A stretch of DNA of 64,000 nt from Candidatus Kapaibacterium sp. Lineage in GTDB: Bacteria; Bacteroidota; Ignavibacteria; Kapaibacteriales; UBA2268. The notes beneath the pieces were generated by a model, which worked only from the letters and a program-made list of their open reading frames with translations, did not search any database and was not told the DNA's origin. Position numbers and translations under genes: made by a program. The DNA lies in NCBI GenBank assembly GCA_963664875.1, contig OY761611.1:1952001-2016000 (forward strand). The letters are read 5' to 3'. This document shows, in pieces, positions 31,037 through 40,979 of the stretch (positions are counted from its first letter, which is position 1; every line of letters begins with the position of its first letter).

Positions 31037-31675
31037 GTGCCGAAAGAGTTTGACAAAATAGGACTTTATAGGATTACTCATATTGATAATCTAGAATATA
31101 TACTGAAATCAGGAAGGCTAACTGCACCTAATCATCCTGACCATAATGCTAATTATATTGGCATAGGTGATATGTCTCTGATTGAAAAAAGAAGCTCGAA
31201 GAAAATTCCTTTGTCTCCATTTGGCACTTTTAGAGATTATATCTCTTTCTATTTTTCCAAGCGTTCAGTAATGTTATATGTCATTCAAAATGGTTATAAT
31301 AATGTTCCAAAACGTGATCCGGCTGAAATAATTTATTTGGTTACATCGTATGTTAAAGTAAAGGACAGTTCTATTCCTTTTGTATTTTATGATGGACATG
31401 CCTACGAATCAATGTCAGTTTGTTATAAAGATGATTCAGCTTTAGATGAAATTGATTGGCATATTATAAGAAGTAAAGATTGGAGAGATACAGAGGAAGA
31501 CCAAGACAGAAAACGAAGAAAATCAGCAGAGCTTTTGATATTTAAAGAATTTCCAATCTCAAATATTTTGGGAATCGCTGTTTATAATAAAAAAGCTCAG
31601 GAAAAAACAAATAGTATTTTAAAAAGTTTGGATGTATCTTTAGATTGTAAAATATATCAAGATTGGTATTATTAG
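31037..31675 (+). CDS. darT: DarT ssDNA ADP-ribosyltransferase toxin (DUF4433)
   Basis: LYRITHIDNL..IL..G.L, YISFYF..RS.MLY, FYDGHA, RKSAELLI catalytic Glu; directly upstream of a macrodomain gene. Confidence 0.92.
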   Translation: MPKEFDKIGLYRITHIDNLEYILKSGRLTAPNHPDHNANYIGIGDMSLIEKRSSKKIPLSPFGTFRDYISFYFSKRSVMLYVIQNGYNNVPKRDPAEIIYLVTSYVKVKDSSIPFVFYDGHAYESMSVCYKDDSALDEIDWHIIRSKDWRDTEEDQDRKRRKSAELLIFKEFPISNILGIAVYNKKAQEKTNSILKSLDVSLDCKIYQDWYY

Positions 31676-31676
31676 G

Positions 31677-32705
31677 ATGCTTAAGTTTACAAATGGTGAC
31701 ATATTAAGATGCGAAACCGAAGCTATTGTGAATACGGTGAATACTGTAGGAGTGATGGGTAAGGGGATAGCTTTATCATTTAAAAAAGCTTTTCCAACTA
31801 ATTTTAAATTATATGAAAAAGCATGCAAAGAGGGTACTGTTGAAGTAGGTAAAATGTTTGTTACAGAAACTGAAGAACTCTACCCTAAATATATTATCAA
31901 TTTCCCAACTAAAAAGCACTGGCGAAATCCTTCAAAATATGAATATATCACTTCCGGTCTTGAAGACTTATTTGAAGTAATAAAAAAATATCAAATTAAA
32001 TCCATATCTATTCCACCTTTAGGTGCAGGTAACGGTAGGCTGGAATGGACTAAAGTAAAAAGGATTATTGAGCAGTATTTGTCCGAAATCTCAAAAGAAA
32101 TGGATATAGTGATTTTTGAACCGGGATACCAAGACCAGACCACTACTGTTCCGAGAGATGCTTCTTTGACAGATAAGAGAGCAATTTTTCTTTATATGTT
32201 ATGGAAGTACCAAGTGCTTGGCTATCAAACTAATCTAATTGTTGCTCAGAAAGTTGCATACTTCATACAACGATTTCAAGAGGATTTGAATTTAGTATAT
32301 CAAAAAGGTATTTATGGCCCTTATGCGCATAATTTGACTCATCTTTTGAAAAAAATAAATAACACATATATTCAATATGATGAGAACAAAACTGCACCGA
32401 TGACACCAATTCAGATGATAGATGCTAAGTATGATGAGATTGAAACATTTTTTAAGTATAGACTTTCTGAAGATCAGCATCATAAGATAAGCAGATTAGT
32501 TGAATTTATTGAGGGATTTGAATCTCCATATGGTTTGGAATTATTAGCTACTATAGATTTTATTTATACTCAAACACAAAAAAATACAATCGAAGAAATT
32601 GAATCTGAAATTGGGAGTTGGACAGATAGAAAAAGAGAGATTATGAAATCTAAACATATCGGTATAGCCATAGAGCGCCTTAGGGAATTCGATTTGATAA
32701 AATAA
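31677..32705 (+). CDS. darG: DarG macrodomain antitoxin
   Basis: IVNTVNTVGVMGKGIA, IINFPTKKHWR, SIPPLGAGNG; C-terminal QKVAYF...YGPYA...GFESPYGLELLATI. Confidence 0.93.
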   Translation: MLKFTNGDILRCETEAIVNTVNTVGVMGKGIALSFKKAFPTNFKLYEKACKEGTVEVGKMFVTETEELYPKYIINFPTKKHWRNPSKYEYITSGLEDLFEVIKKYQIKSISIPPLGAGNGRLEWTKVKRIIEQYLSEISKEMDIVIFEPGYQDQTTTVPRDASLTDKRAIFLYMLWKYQVLGYQTNLIVAQKVAYFIQRFQEDLNLVYQKGIYGPYAHNLTHLLKKINNTYIQYDENKTAPMTPIQMIDAKYDEIETFFKYRLSEDQHHKISRLVEFIEGFESPYGLELLATIDFIYTQTQKNTIEEIESEIGSWTDRKREIMKSKHIGIAIERLREFDLIK

Positions 32706-32726
32706 AACAAACATTACTTAATATAT

Positions 32727-32763
32727 AAAGCTGCCCGGAGAATATAGTTCCGAGCAGCTTTTT
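32727..32763 (+). terminator. Intrinsic terminator, right copy of the direct repeat flanking darTG
   Basis: aaagctgcccggagaatatagttccgagcagcttttt. Confidence 0.8.
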
Positions 32764-32854
32764 CTATTTTTTCATACTTTTTCATTTTGTCTGAAATAAC
32801 GGAACAGCTTATTCGACTCTGCTTAATACTTGTTATTAACTTATCTAAGAAAAA

Positions 32855-34114
32855 ATGTTCAATCTTTTTAAAAATATTGATAAAGAAGGCTACAAAGCTA
32901 AGTATGGGGCTCTTGATATTTTCAAATTCATAGGGCCGGGTTTGTTGGTTACAGTTGGGTTTATTGATCCGGGTAATTGGGCTTCTAACCTTGCTGCCGG
33001 AGCGGATTACGGTTATGCACTTTTGTGGATGGTAACGCTTTCGACTATTATGCTTATTATTTTACAGCACAACGTTGCCCACCTTGGCATTGCTACAGGA
33101 CTTTGCCTTTCGGAAGCTACAACTAAATATCTGAAGCCGCGCAATTCCAAGTTTTTACTTTCATCAGCGATGCTGGCATCTGTCTCAACTTCTCTTGCGG
33201 AGATACTGGGAGGTGCTATTGCTCTTAATATGCTGTGGGATATTCCTATCAGGGCAGGGGCTGTTCTTGTAACAATCTTTGTGTATATCATGCTTTTTAC
33301 TAATTCATACAAGATGATAGAGAAGTGGATTATTGCCTTTGTTTCAGTGATTGGCTTGTCTTTTCTCTATGAGCTTTCTTTAGTAAATGTTGATTGGAAT
33401 AGTGCTATTGTCGGCTGGGTGAAGCCTTCATTTCCTGATGGCTCAATGATAGTAATCATGAGTGTGCTCGGGGCAGTGGTCATGCCGCACAATTTATTTC
33501 TACACTCAGAGGTTATTCAGAGTAGGCAGTGGAATCTGAAAGATGATAAAGTTATCAAAAAGCAGCTTAAATATGAGTTTATGGATACAATGCTCTCGAT
33601 GGTGATTGGCTGGGCGATTAACAGCGCTATGATTTTGCTTGCTGCTGCAACATTTTTCACAAACAAAACTCCCGTTACTGAGTTGCAGCAGGCAAATGAG
33701 CTGCTTACTCCATTGCTTGGCGAGCATGCTTCTGTAGTCTTTGCTGTCGCTCTTTTGTTTGCAGGAATTGCTTCTACAATTACCTCAGGTATGGCTGCGG
33801 GTTCAATATTTTCAGGCATTTATGAAGAACCTTATGATATAAAAGATAATCACTCAAGATTGGGGGTTTCCATATCTTTATTAGTGGGTTTGGGAATAAT
33901 CTTTTTAATATCAAATCCTTTTAACGGCTTGATTCTTTCTCAGATGTTTCTAAGTATTCAGTTGCCTTTTACTATCTTCCTTCAAGTACACCTTACTTCT
34001 TCTGAAGAGGTAATGGGTAAGTACAAGAACAGCAAACCAACGAAATATATTTTATATTTGATAGGTGCGATTGTAACTATTCTGAATATAGCCTTGTTTA
34101 TTAGTATGTTTTAG
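32855..34114 (+). CDS. mntH: Nramp family divalent metal transporter
   Basis: GPGLLVTVGFIDPGNW, GAVVMPHNLFLHS. Confidence 0.9.
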   Translation: MFNLFKNIDKEGYKAKYGALDIFKFIGPGLLVTVGFIDPGNWASNLAAGADYGYALLWMVTLSTIMLIILQHNVAHLGIATGLCLSEATTKYLKPRNSKFLLSSAMLASVSTSLAEILGGAIALNMLWDIPIRAGAVLVTIFVYIMLFTNSYKMIEKWIIAFVSVIGLSFLYELSLVNVDWNSAIVGWVKPSFPDGSMIVIMSVLGAVVMPHNLFLHSEVIQSRQWNLKDDKVIKKQLKYEFMDTMLSMVIGWAINSAMILLAAATFFTNKTPVTELQQANELLTPLLGEHASVVFAVALLFAGIASTITSGMAAGSIFSGIYEEPYDIKDNHSRLGVSISLLVGLGIIFLISNPFNGLILSQMFLSIQLPFTIFLQVHLTSSEEVMGKYKNSKPTKYILYLIGAIVTILNIALFISMF

Positions 34115-34121
34115 AGAAAAT

Positions 34122-34154
34122 AAGCTGCTCAGATATTTGATTGATGAGCAGCTT
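34122..34154. terminator. Hairpin between convergent genes, related to the darTG-flanking hairpins
   Basis: aagctgctca...tgagcagctt. Confidence 0.65.
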
Positions 34155-34178
34155 GTAAAACTATAAACAAAGTATCTT

Positions 34179-34757
34179 CTATTTATATGTGTCGCAAATT
34201 TTCAGGAAGTTTTTTATCATAATCATTCCGTCTTCGCCGGATACTTCGGGGTGAGACTGGAAGCCATAAATGGGTTTTTCTTTGTGCCTGATAATTTCAT
34301 TGGGTGTAGTTTCTGATGAAGCTAAACTTATAAAATCAGCAGGAAGCTCCGCGACATGAAAAGAATGTCTTTTGGTCAAAAGTAGTTCTGTTTTATTTAA
34401 ACCTGCAAAAATTGGATCATCCGGCAGGTCTATTGTAACGCTCTCTTTTTTGTTATGTGTCGCCGGAAGCCTTTTGATTCTGCCACGATAAGCCGCTGCT
34501 ATAATCTCATGCCCAAGGCAAAAACCTATAGTAGGAACATTGAAGCAATTAAGAGCCACAAAGTCAGATGTCAAATTTAGGGGCTCGAAAGGATTACCTT
34601 TGCCGCCTGAGAGTATAAGTCCCTTAATATCAGTCTTTGCTGATAGAGTAATTGGCTGATTATGATCAAAAAATATGTAATCAAAATCCTGCTCAGCAAG
34701 AAATTGTCTTTTGAATTTTTTTATAAAAGAGCTCTGGTTATCAATGATAAGTAGCAT
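34179..34757 (-). CDS. Class I glutamine amidotransferase (stand-alone, GuaA/TrpG-like)
   Basis: IIDN, ILSGG, GFCLGHE, GFQSHPE; ATG 34757 preferred over 34883. Confidence 0.85.
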   Translation of the reverse strand: MLLIIDNQSSFIKKFKRQFLAEQDFDYIFFDHNQPITLSAKTDIKGLILSGGKGNPFEPLNLTSDFVALNCFNVPTIGFCLGHEIIAAAYRGRIKRLPATHNKKESVTIDLPDDPIFAGLNKTELLLTKRHSFHVAELPADFISLASSETTPNEIIRHKEKPIYGFQSHPEVSGEDGMIMIKNFLKICDTYK

Positions 34758-34949
34758 CGTTGTAATCCTCGTCAATCTGAGAACACTAAACTTATTAAAC
34801 TCTATGAGTTTCTGAAATATCAAATAACACAAATAATATACGTAATAAGTTTGGATTACTCTAAAGAATAATTTGTGCAACAATCCTTTCCTTTCATCTA
34901 AAATATTTGCTATATTAGAGCCACCTAAATACTAAACAAAGGATAAAAT

Positions 34950-37028
34950 ATGAAATTACATCTACTTCTGCTTACAGTGCTTATTCTGCCTTTTGCTTAT
35001 CTGACAAGCTGTGCTGAAGCAAGTCAAAATTTACAACATGACATCAAAATAGAGCTAATACCTTCTACAAGCAAGCTTATTGCTACGGATAAAATTACTC
35101 TCAATTCTAAATCTGTAACTCTGACTTTATTGAATGACTTGCAGATAGAAAAGATTGTTGATGATAGTGGAAAAAGTATTGAGTACAAAACTGAAAAGTC
35201 TGAAAACTATAGAGATATTACCATTTCAGGTGCAAATGAGTTTACTATTTATTACTCCGGGACTGTCTATCATCAGCCGGGCGAGACTTCGCTTAAAGTA
35301 ACTCACGCTCATTCTCTTGGAATGATTTCAGAAAAAGAAGGCGAAGGAATTTATCTACCTGCAGGTAGTTTTTATCCTTATAATGGCGAGCTGGCTGACT
35401 ATAAAGTAGATGTAACTTTTCCTGCTAATCTTGAAATAATTACTTCAGGAAAGGTGCTCGCTGAAAAAGTAAATGCTGAGAAGAAAACAAAAGTATTCCA
35501 GTCTGAACTTGCTATGGATAATATCACACTTGTTGGCGGAAAATATATAAAAGCGGAAACTGAACATAAAGGTGTTATGTTTCGAGTATATACATTTGCG
35601 GAAAGCAGATCAAGTCAATCATATTTGAAATCCATGACTGAGTATTATGATATTTATACTGAGCTATTTGGAGACTATCCATACAGCAGCTTCGATGTAG
35701 TCGAAAACTTCTTTGCAACCGGCTTTGGTATGCCTAATTATACTCTAATCACTGGTATGCTGATGAAAATGCCATGGGTGTTTTTAGCTCCCGGCTCGCT
35801 TGCTCACGAATTTGTACATAACTGGTGGGGCAATAGTGTTTACGTAGCTGAAGGAGACGGTAACTGGTGCGAGGCACTTACTACATTTAGCTCTAATTAT
35901 TACTATAATGTTGTTACCGGAAACGCAGCGAAAGAGCTTGAGTGGCGTAAAAAAGCCTTAATAGATATCGAAGCATTGCCTGAGGAAATGAATTACCCTG
36001 TCAAAGACTTTGTTACTCAGAGACACACAGATGACGCTGTTGTTGGCTATTCCAAAGGTGCATTTGTCTTTTATGAGCTTTATAAATTATATGGTAAGGA
36101 TAATTTCTTTGCAGCATTAAAGCAGTTTGCTAAAGAATATAAAGGTAAACGTGCAGGCTGGAAAGATATAAAATCAATTTTTGCAGCTACTGCCAAAGCA
36201 AATAATCTTGATTTAGATGTAAATAAAATATTCGCTCAATGGCTTGAAAAAACAGAAAGACCAACTTTAAAATTAGAAGTATTAAGTCATAACGGAAACA
36301 AATTAGACATTTCTATCAAGCAGGATCTGGATTTTATATTGAGTGTTCCGCTTGTAATTACTACTGACAAAGTCGAAACTCAGCAAGAATTAGTAATCAG
36401 CTCCAAAGATAACAAGTTTAGCTTTGAGCTTGACGGTAAATTGCAAAAAGTAAGTTTAGATCCTAACTATCAGGTGCTTCGCCATTTAAATAATTTTGAG
36501 ATCCCTTATACTTTGCAAAGCACTTTAAATAACAATCCGCTTGTGATTATTCCTGATGAAAGCAAGCCTACACATAAAGTCTCTAAAGAGTTTACCGAAT
36601 TACTAAACCAAAGTGGCTATAAATGTGAAAGCTTAACTGCAAGCCAAGCTGCTAAATCGGACTGGAAAAACAGACCAATAGTTATTCTTAGCTCTCAGGC
36701 TGATAATAGTTTCTATTCTGAGTTTTCCGGCAAATATCCTAGCGGTTTGAATTTTGAAAATGATATGCTCAAAGCTGCAGATAAAGAATTGCCTCTCACA
36801 GGGAACTTGATGCTGATGAACCTAACTCATCCGGCAAATAAGTCGCTTCCGGCAACAATTATAGCTTTTGATAATTTGGAATCAACAGACCAGCTTAAGC
36901 GTTTATTTCACTACATGAGCTATTCTATGCTCATGATAAGCCAGACTAAGCGAGGAACGCCTCTTCATTCGCAGGAGATTTTCCCGGAAGCACCTGTGAA
37001 TAACGACATCAGATTTGATGCTAAATAA
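34950..37028 (+). CDS. M1 family zinc aminopeptidase, probable lipoprotein
   Basis: LAHEFVHNWWGN...WCEAL, YSKGA; LTSC lipobox. Confidence 0.88.
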   Translation: MKLHLLLLTVLILPFAYLTSCAEASQNLQHDIKIELIPSTSKLIATDKITLNSKSVTLTLLNDLQIEKIVDDSGKSIEYKTEKSENYRDITISGANEFTIYYSGTVYHQPGETSLKVTHAHSLGMISEKEGEGIYLPAGSFYPYNGELADYKVDVTFPANLEIITSGKVLAEKVNAEKKTKVFQSELAMDNITLVGGKYIKAETEHKGVMFRVYTFAESRSSQSYLKSMTEYYDIYTELFGDYPYSSFDVVENFFATGFGMPNYTLITGMLMKMPWVFLAPGSLAHEFVHNWWGNSVYVAEGDGNWCEALTTFSSNYYYNVVTGNAAKELEWRKKALIDIEALPEEMNYPVKDFVTQRHTDDAVVGYSKGAFVFYELYKLYGKDNFFAALKQFAKEYKGKRAGWKDIKSIFAATAKANNLDLDVNKIFAQWLEKTERPTLKLEVLSHNGNKLDISIKQDLDFILSVPLVITTDKVETQQELVISSKDNKFSFELDGKLQKVSLDPNYQVLRHLNNFEIPYTLQSTLNNNPLVIIPDESKPTHKVSKEFTELLNQSGYKCESLTASQAAKSDWKNRPIVILSSQADNSFYSEFSGKYPSGLNFENDMLKAADKELPLTGNLMLMNLTHPANKSLPATIIAFDNLESTDQLKRLFHYMSYSMLMISQTKRGTPLHSQEIFPEAPVNNDIRFDAK

Positions 37029-37040
37029 CTAAAAAGCTAA

Positions 37041-37085
37041 AAGCCTTAACTTATGCAATATTTGACATGGTTAAGGTTTTTTTTT
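37041..37085 (+). terminator. Intrinsic terminator
   Basis: aagccttaac...gttaaggttt followed by T-run. Confidence 0.65.
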
Positions 37086-37144
37086 GTTCTTCCAATTTCC
37101 CATCCTTTTGTGTCAACTCTTTTTAGGACGGGCACATATCACAC

Positions 37145-37189
37145 AAAAAAAAAGACCTGACGATTTTTTCTACCGTGCAGGTCTTTTTT
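37145..37189. terminator. Bidirectional terminator
   Basis: aaaaagacctg...caggtcttttt with A/T runs on both sides. Confidence 0.65.
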
Positions 37190-37206
37190 ATTTTTTGTCT
37201 ATAGTC

Positions 37207-38763
37207 TTAGTAATGCAACTTGAGTATTGCTTTTCTTTTCGGACGGCTATCTAACTGTGTAAGCAGATAGTTCCATAACTTATCGTAAGGCATTACTTCA
37301 AGATTGTCTAAGTATGAAGTATCTTCTTCGGAGAAAGGAGCCAACTCCATAAACATCTTTTCAGCTGAGTTTCTGACACGAATATAGTCAAAATTATGCT
37401 GCACTAATTTGAGGAGCATATGTATGAAAATATTGCTTCTTTCGTGGCCGTAGCGTTTCAAATGCTTACGGGCATAAAAGTGCAGAGCATCAGTTGTATT
37501 GTAAATACCTTCGAAATCGTTGTGTGCGAATAAAATAAGCACTCTCATAATCACTGCAGAAACGTTATAATCCAATGTTTCTTTGGAGAATTCAGGAATA
37601 GATTCCATCAAGTCTAACAAGCCATGGCGTTTTTGGAATGGTCTGTTTGTACATTTTTTGGACATAAGCCATTCTGTTGTAGCTGTAAAGTAGAGGTAGC
37701 CTGCATAAATATTATATCTATTAGTGATATAATCAGGCATTTCTGCATACTTAGGCTCTTTAATAACTTTAAGGAAATGCTCTTCTGCTTCGTCGAAGCG
37801 TTCGGCATGGAACAACATAAGGATATAGAAATCCATAAATTCGAACCATTCCAAATTCCCTTTAACAAAGAATTTGAACATTTTATTAGTTTCTACGACA
37901 CCTCTTTCGAAATCACGAAGTTTGATAAAGCTCTTAATCTTCATAATAGAGAACAGTTTAAGAGTTTCGATATTTTCAATAAACTCGTTTCTCGCATAAA
38001 GGTTTTGGATATCGTTGCAATGCTCGATTACCTTTTCGTACTCTTTTTTCATATAGTGAAACGCGATGCGGCATCTGTGGTAAGCCACAGTAGTGTTATA
38101 GTAGTCGAGCTTATCGGCTCTTTCTTTGATAACATTTAGTTCTTCTTCCACTTTGTGGAAATAATCTTTGCGATAACTTGCCGCTCTACTGATATGTTTT
38201 TCTAATTGAGTATAAAAATGTTTCGATTCGACCTCCGCGAAATAATATTCGTTGTATTTTTTGACAATTTTAGCATATCTATCAAAAGAGTATTTAGTCT
38301 TGTGTTGATAAGATAAGCTCATTAGCATTTGTGCAGATTCCAGAACTAAGCTAGTGAAACAGTATTTTTTCGCATCTTCCAATAGATGATCTAAAAGCTT
38401 AATAGCTGTTTCAAAAACATTTCCTTCGATAAGCGTTTTGATAAAAAACATACTTTTGTTTGCTTCAAAGTATGCTTCTTGATATGCACTGTATTTAGGC
38501 TGGTTGATATTCAAAAATATCAATGAATCCAAAAGGCGCGATCTCAATCTACCTTTGAGCATCTGATATTTTTTTTCCAACTCATCCACATTGTATAAGT
38601 CTTGTGCAGCTTCAGCATCAGTTGCGTATTTTTGATAGCGGATACCTGCATAAAACCTATTTAAAATAGTCTGTTTAGAAGGATCATCGACCTCGTTGAA
38701 AACTTCAATCACACGATGTCTTCTCTTCTTAATCAGATTTACCAAGTTAGTCAATTCTTGCAT
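37207..38763 (-). CDS. Hypothetical all-alpha (TPR-like) cytoplasmic protein
   Basis: 518 aa, no signal peptide, helical-repeat-like pattern (e.g. AERFDEAEEHF); N-terminal AAQDLY...YQMLKGRLRSRL. Confidence 0.7.
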   Translation of the reverse strand: MQELTNLVNLIKKRRHRVIEVFNEVDDPSKQTILNRFYAGIRYQKYATDAEAAQDLYNVDELEKKYQMLKGRLRSRLLDSLIFLNINQPKYSAYQEAYFEANKSMFFIKTLIEGNVFETAIKLLDHLLEDAKKYCFTSLVLESAQMLMSLSYQHKTKYSFDRYAKIVKKYNEYYFAEVESKHFYTQLEKHISRAASYRKDYFHKVEEELNVIKERADKLDYYNTTVAYHRCRIAFHYMKKEYEKVIEHCNDIQNLYARNEFIENIETLKLFSIMKIKSFIKLRDFERGVVETNKMFKFFVKGNLEWFEFMDFYILMLFHAERFDEAEEHFLKVIKEPKYAEMPDYITNRYNIYAGYLYFTATTEWLMSKKCTNRPFQKRHGLLDLMESIPEFSKETLDYNVSAVIMRVLILFAHNDFEGIYNTTDALHFYARKHLKRYGHERSNIFIHMLLKLVQHNFDYIRVRNSAEKMFMELAPFSEEDTSYLDNLEVMPYDKLWNYLLTQLDSRPKRKAILKLHY

Positions 38764-39337
38764 ACCTAACCCTCGTTTAGTTTGAAAAAAGGCAATCTAT
38801 TTGTTATTTCTTTTAACTGTCAAAGAACTGTTTAATTTCTTCCTTAAATAAACAAAAAAAATCGAAATATCCTAATGAAAATTACCAAAAATTGCAGTCG
38901 TTTTAATATAAATAATGACAATAGAACTTGTTAAATCTTCTATATTCCCAATAAATAAGTGATTTAGAGAATTTGTAAATATTTTATATTAAAAGAGTAT
39001 TTATAGACTTCGTTCGACCATTCTTATGATTTATGAGCTTTACATAGTAATATTTCTATCAAATTGGTAGGCAATAATTATCAAATCCAATGTTATTAGA
39101 TATTTTATTGACATATACTGCCCACAGGTTTGGCTTTTTGTAGTGTTAACTTAGTTGTACTCTTTTGAGACAGTCATTGTATCATTTCCGTACATATTCT
39201 TTTAGATTTCATAAACATAAAGACTGTTCTATTTTTACCTATTCTACTTAATTTACAGTGAGTTACAATTACAATCAAACTATAAGTTATATTTATGGCA
39301 CGCAAATGGGAGTATCGTAAATGAGGATTTGAAGATA

Positions 39338-39622
39338 AACTACCCGAGTTATTCAGGCAATAATCTAATTAAAGTTTGAATCATGGGGTGCAAAGCTCGG
39401 GTAGTTCCTTTCTTTACTTCTCAGAGTCTTATTTGGTCAGTAAGACTTCGGGCTTGCCCGAACAACTAATGGAAAATCATCAAAAATGCAATTTATATTT
39501 TCTGCTCGGATTTTGCTCCTTTCCCGGCTTTTCTGGAAGCACTCTCTGGGCAGAAGATAAAAAAAATTCCCCGGAAAAAGCAACTGCCCGGGTCTTAACA
39601 AACAAGCTCCGGGCAGTTTTGC
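39338..39622 (+). ncRNA. Candidate structured non-coding RNA (multi-hairpin)
   Basis: Four GC-rich stems in an AT-rich ~960-bp intergenic region, with G-U pairs that work only on the + strand; no Rfam family recognised. Confidence 0.35.
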
Positions 39623-39727
39623 TAATTTCTTTAAACCGCTACTCTCCAATTATACATTATAATCTATTCCCACTTTTTGAATTTTTAGGTATATTTGCTC
39701 TGGTAACATAAAAATAATAGAGCACCT

Positions 39728-40966
39728 ATGAGCAAGTATCTACTCAAATTTTCTAAGTGGATAGACCAATATGCAAATCAAAAAACTCTGATTGCTTTGA
39801 TGGCTGTTACTATTTTCTGTCGAATCATTTTTGCTCTGTCATCAGGTAATTATAACTACGCAGAGGATTATAAAATTGCTTTAAATCTGGTGCAGAACTG
39901 TGAGTATGTTCTTTATCCGCATCTTGGCAGCACGGCAATGAAATCTCCTTTATATCCTATGTTTTTAGCTGCTTTTATCAAAGTATTTGCTAGTTTATCT
40001 CAGCAGGCTATTGTTGTCGTGCAGCATATCATGATTGGTTTTGTGCCGCTTTTGATTTATAAATCTTCTGTCTTATATACTGATAAGAGAAATGCGTTTT
40101 TTGCATCATTGCTTTTTATGCTCCATATTAGCTATTTTTACTATCCCAACGTAATTGAAGCTACAAATTTGTTTGTGCCCATATTTGCAGTTTATTTTTA
40201 TTTACTCCTCCTTGCTAGAACTTCTCAAAGATATATTAGCTTAGCTATCACCGGAGGCTTACTGGTAATGTTGCAACCTACTATCATTCCTGTTTTGATT
40301 TTTAGTGCTGTGTTTCTGAGAAAGAATTTGAATTGGACTTCCCTGCTTAAAATCGTTCTTATTATCAGTCTAATGCAGCTACCTTGGATTTACAGGAACT
40401 ATGCAAGTTTTGATAAGTTTATTCCTACAAAATCCCCTTTCTGGATGAATTTGTACATAGGGATACTACCCGAAAGCCAAGAGAATTCGGTTAATCACTA
40501 TCTTAGGAAAGAAACGATACAAACCATAGATTCACTGAAAGACAAGCTCAATGATGTGGATATGGAAATCCATTATAAGCACGCTTTTTTGAGTTTTTGG
40601 GAGAAAACCCCGGGAAGGTATTTAGAGAAGGTTGGTAACCATCTGAAGTACTATTGGATACTACCCCCAAGATATATAGATAATCTCTCGTTACCTATAA
40701 TCGTTGTAAGGCTTATTCCAAATATTGCCCTATTGATTCTTACTCTACTCGGACTCAAAAGAGCATATCACAAGGATAAATCTGTTTTCTGGTTTATCAT
40801 ATCTATCCTTGTGTATTTTTCACTCGTTTATTCTTTAACCGCAGCTGTAAATATTCGTTACAAACTCGATATAGAGTTTTTGCAGGTTTTTATAGCATCA
40901 TTTGGTTTGATTTCTATTGCTGAAAGAATCAATATCGAATCAAAGAATCATGCAAACAATGATTAG
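39728..40966 (+). CDS. ArnT/GT39-like membrane glycosyltransferase
   Basis: Multi-TM; Y..IA.NL, PLYPMFL, PWIYRNY, NIRY. Confidence 0.75.
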   Translation: MSKYLLKFSKWIDQYANQKTLIALMAVTIFCRIIFALSSGNYNYAEDYKIALNLVQNCEYVLYPHLGSTAMKSPLYPMFLAAFIKVFASLSQQAIVVVQHIMIGFVPLLIYKSSVLYTDKRNAFFASLLFMLHISYFYYPNVIEATNLFVPIFAVYFYLLLLARTSQRYISLAITGGLLVMLQPTIIPVLIFSAVFLRKNLNWTSLLKIVLIISLMQLPWIYRNYASFDKFIPTKSPFWMNLYIGILPESQENSVNHYLRKETIQTIDSLKDKLNDVDMEIHYKHAFLSFWEKTPGRYLEKVGNHLKYYWILPPRYIDNLSLPIIVVRLIPNIALLILTLLGLKRAYHKDKSVFWFIISILVYFSLVYSLTAAVNIRYKLDIEFLQVFIASFGLISIAERINIESKNHANND

Positions 40967-40979
40967 AACTACCGGCTAA

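Noticed and set aside
12054-34154. Integron-like cassette array (hairpins as attC sites)
   Set aside because: No IntI gene, no GTTRRRY/RYYYAAC ends, and the hairpins belong to different sequence families.
39338-39622. CRISPR array or c-di-GMP riboswitch
   Set aside because: Repeats are neither identical nor regularly spaced, there are no cas genes, and the GEMM core motifs do not match.
39376-39711. ORFs 39376..39711 (+) and 39437..39649 (-)
   Set aside because: Non-ATG starts, no recognisable motifs; probably by-products of the GC-rich hairpins.
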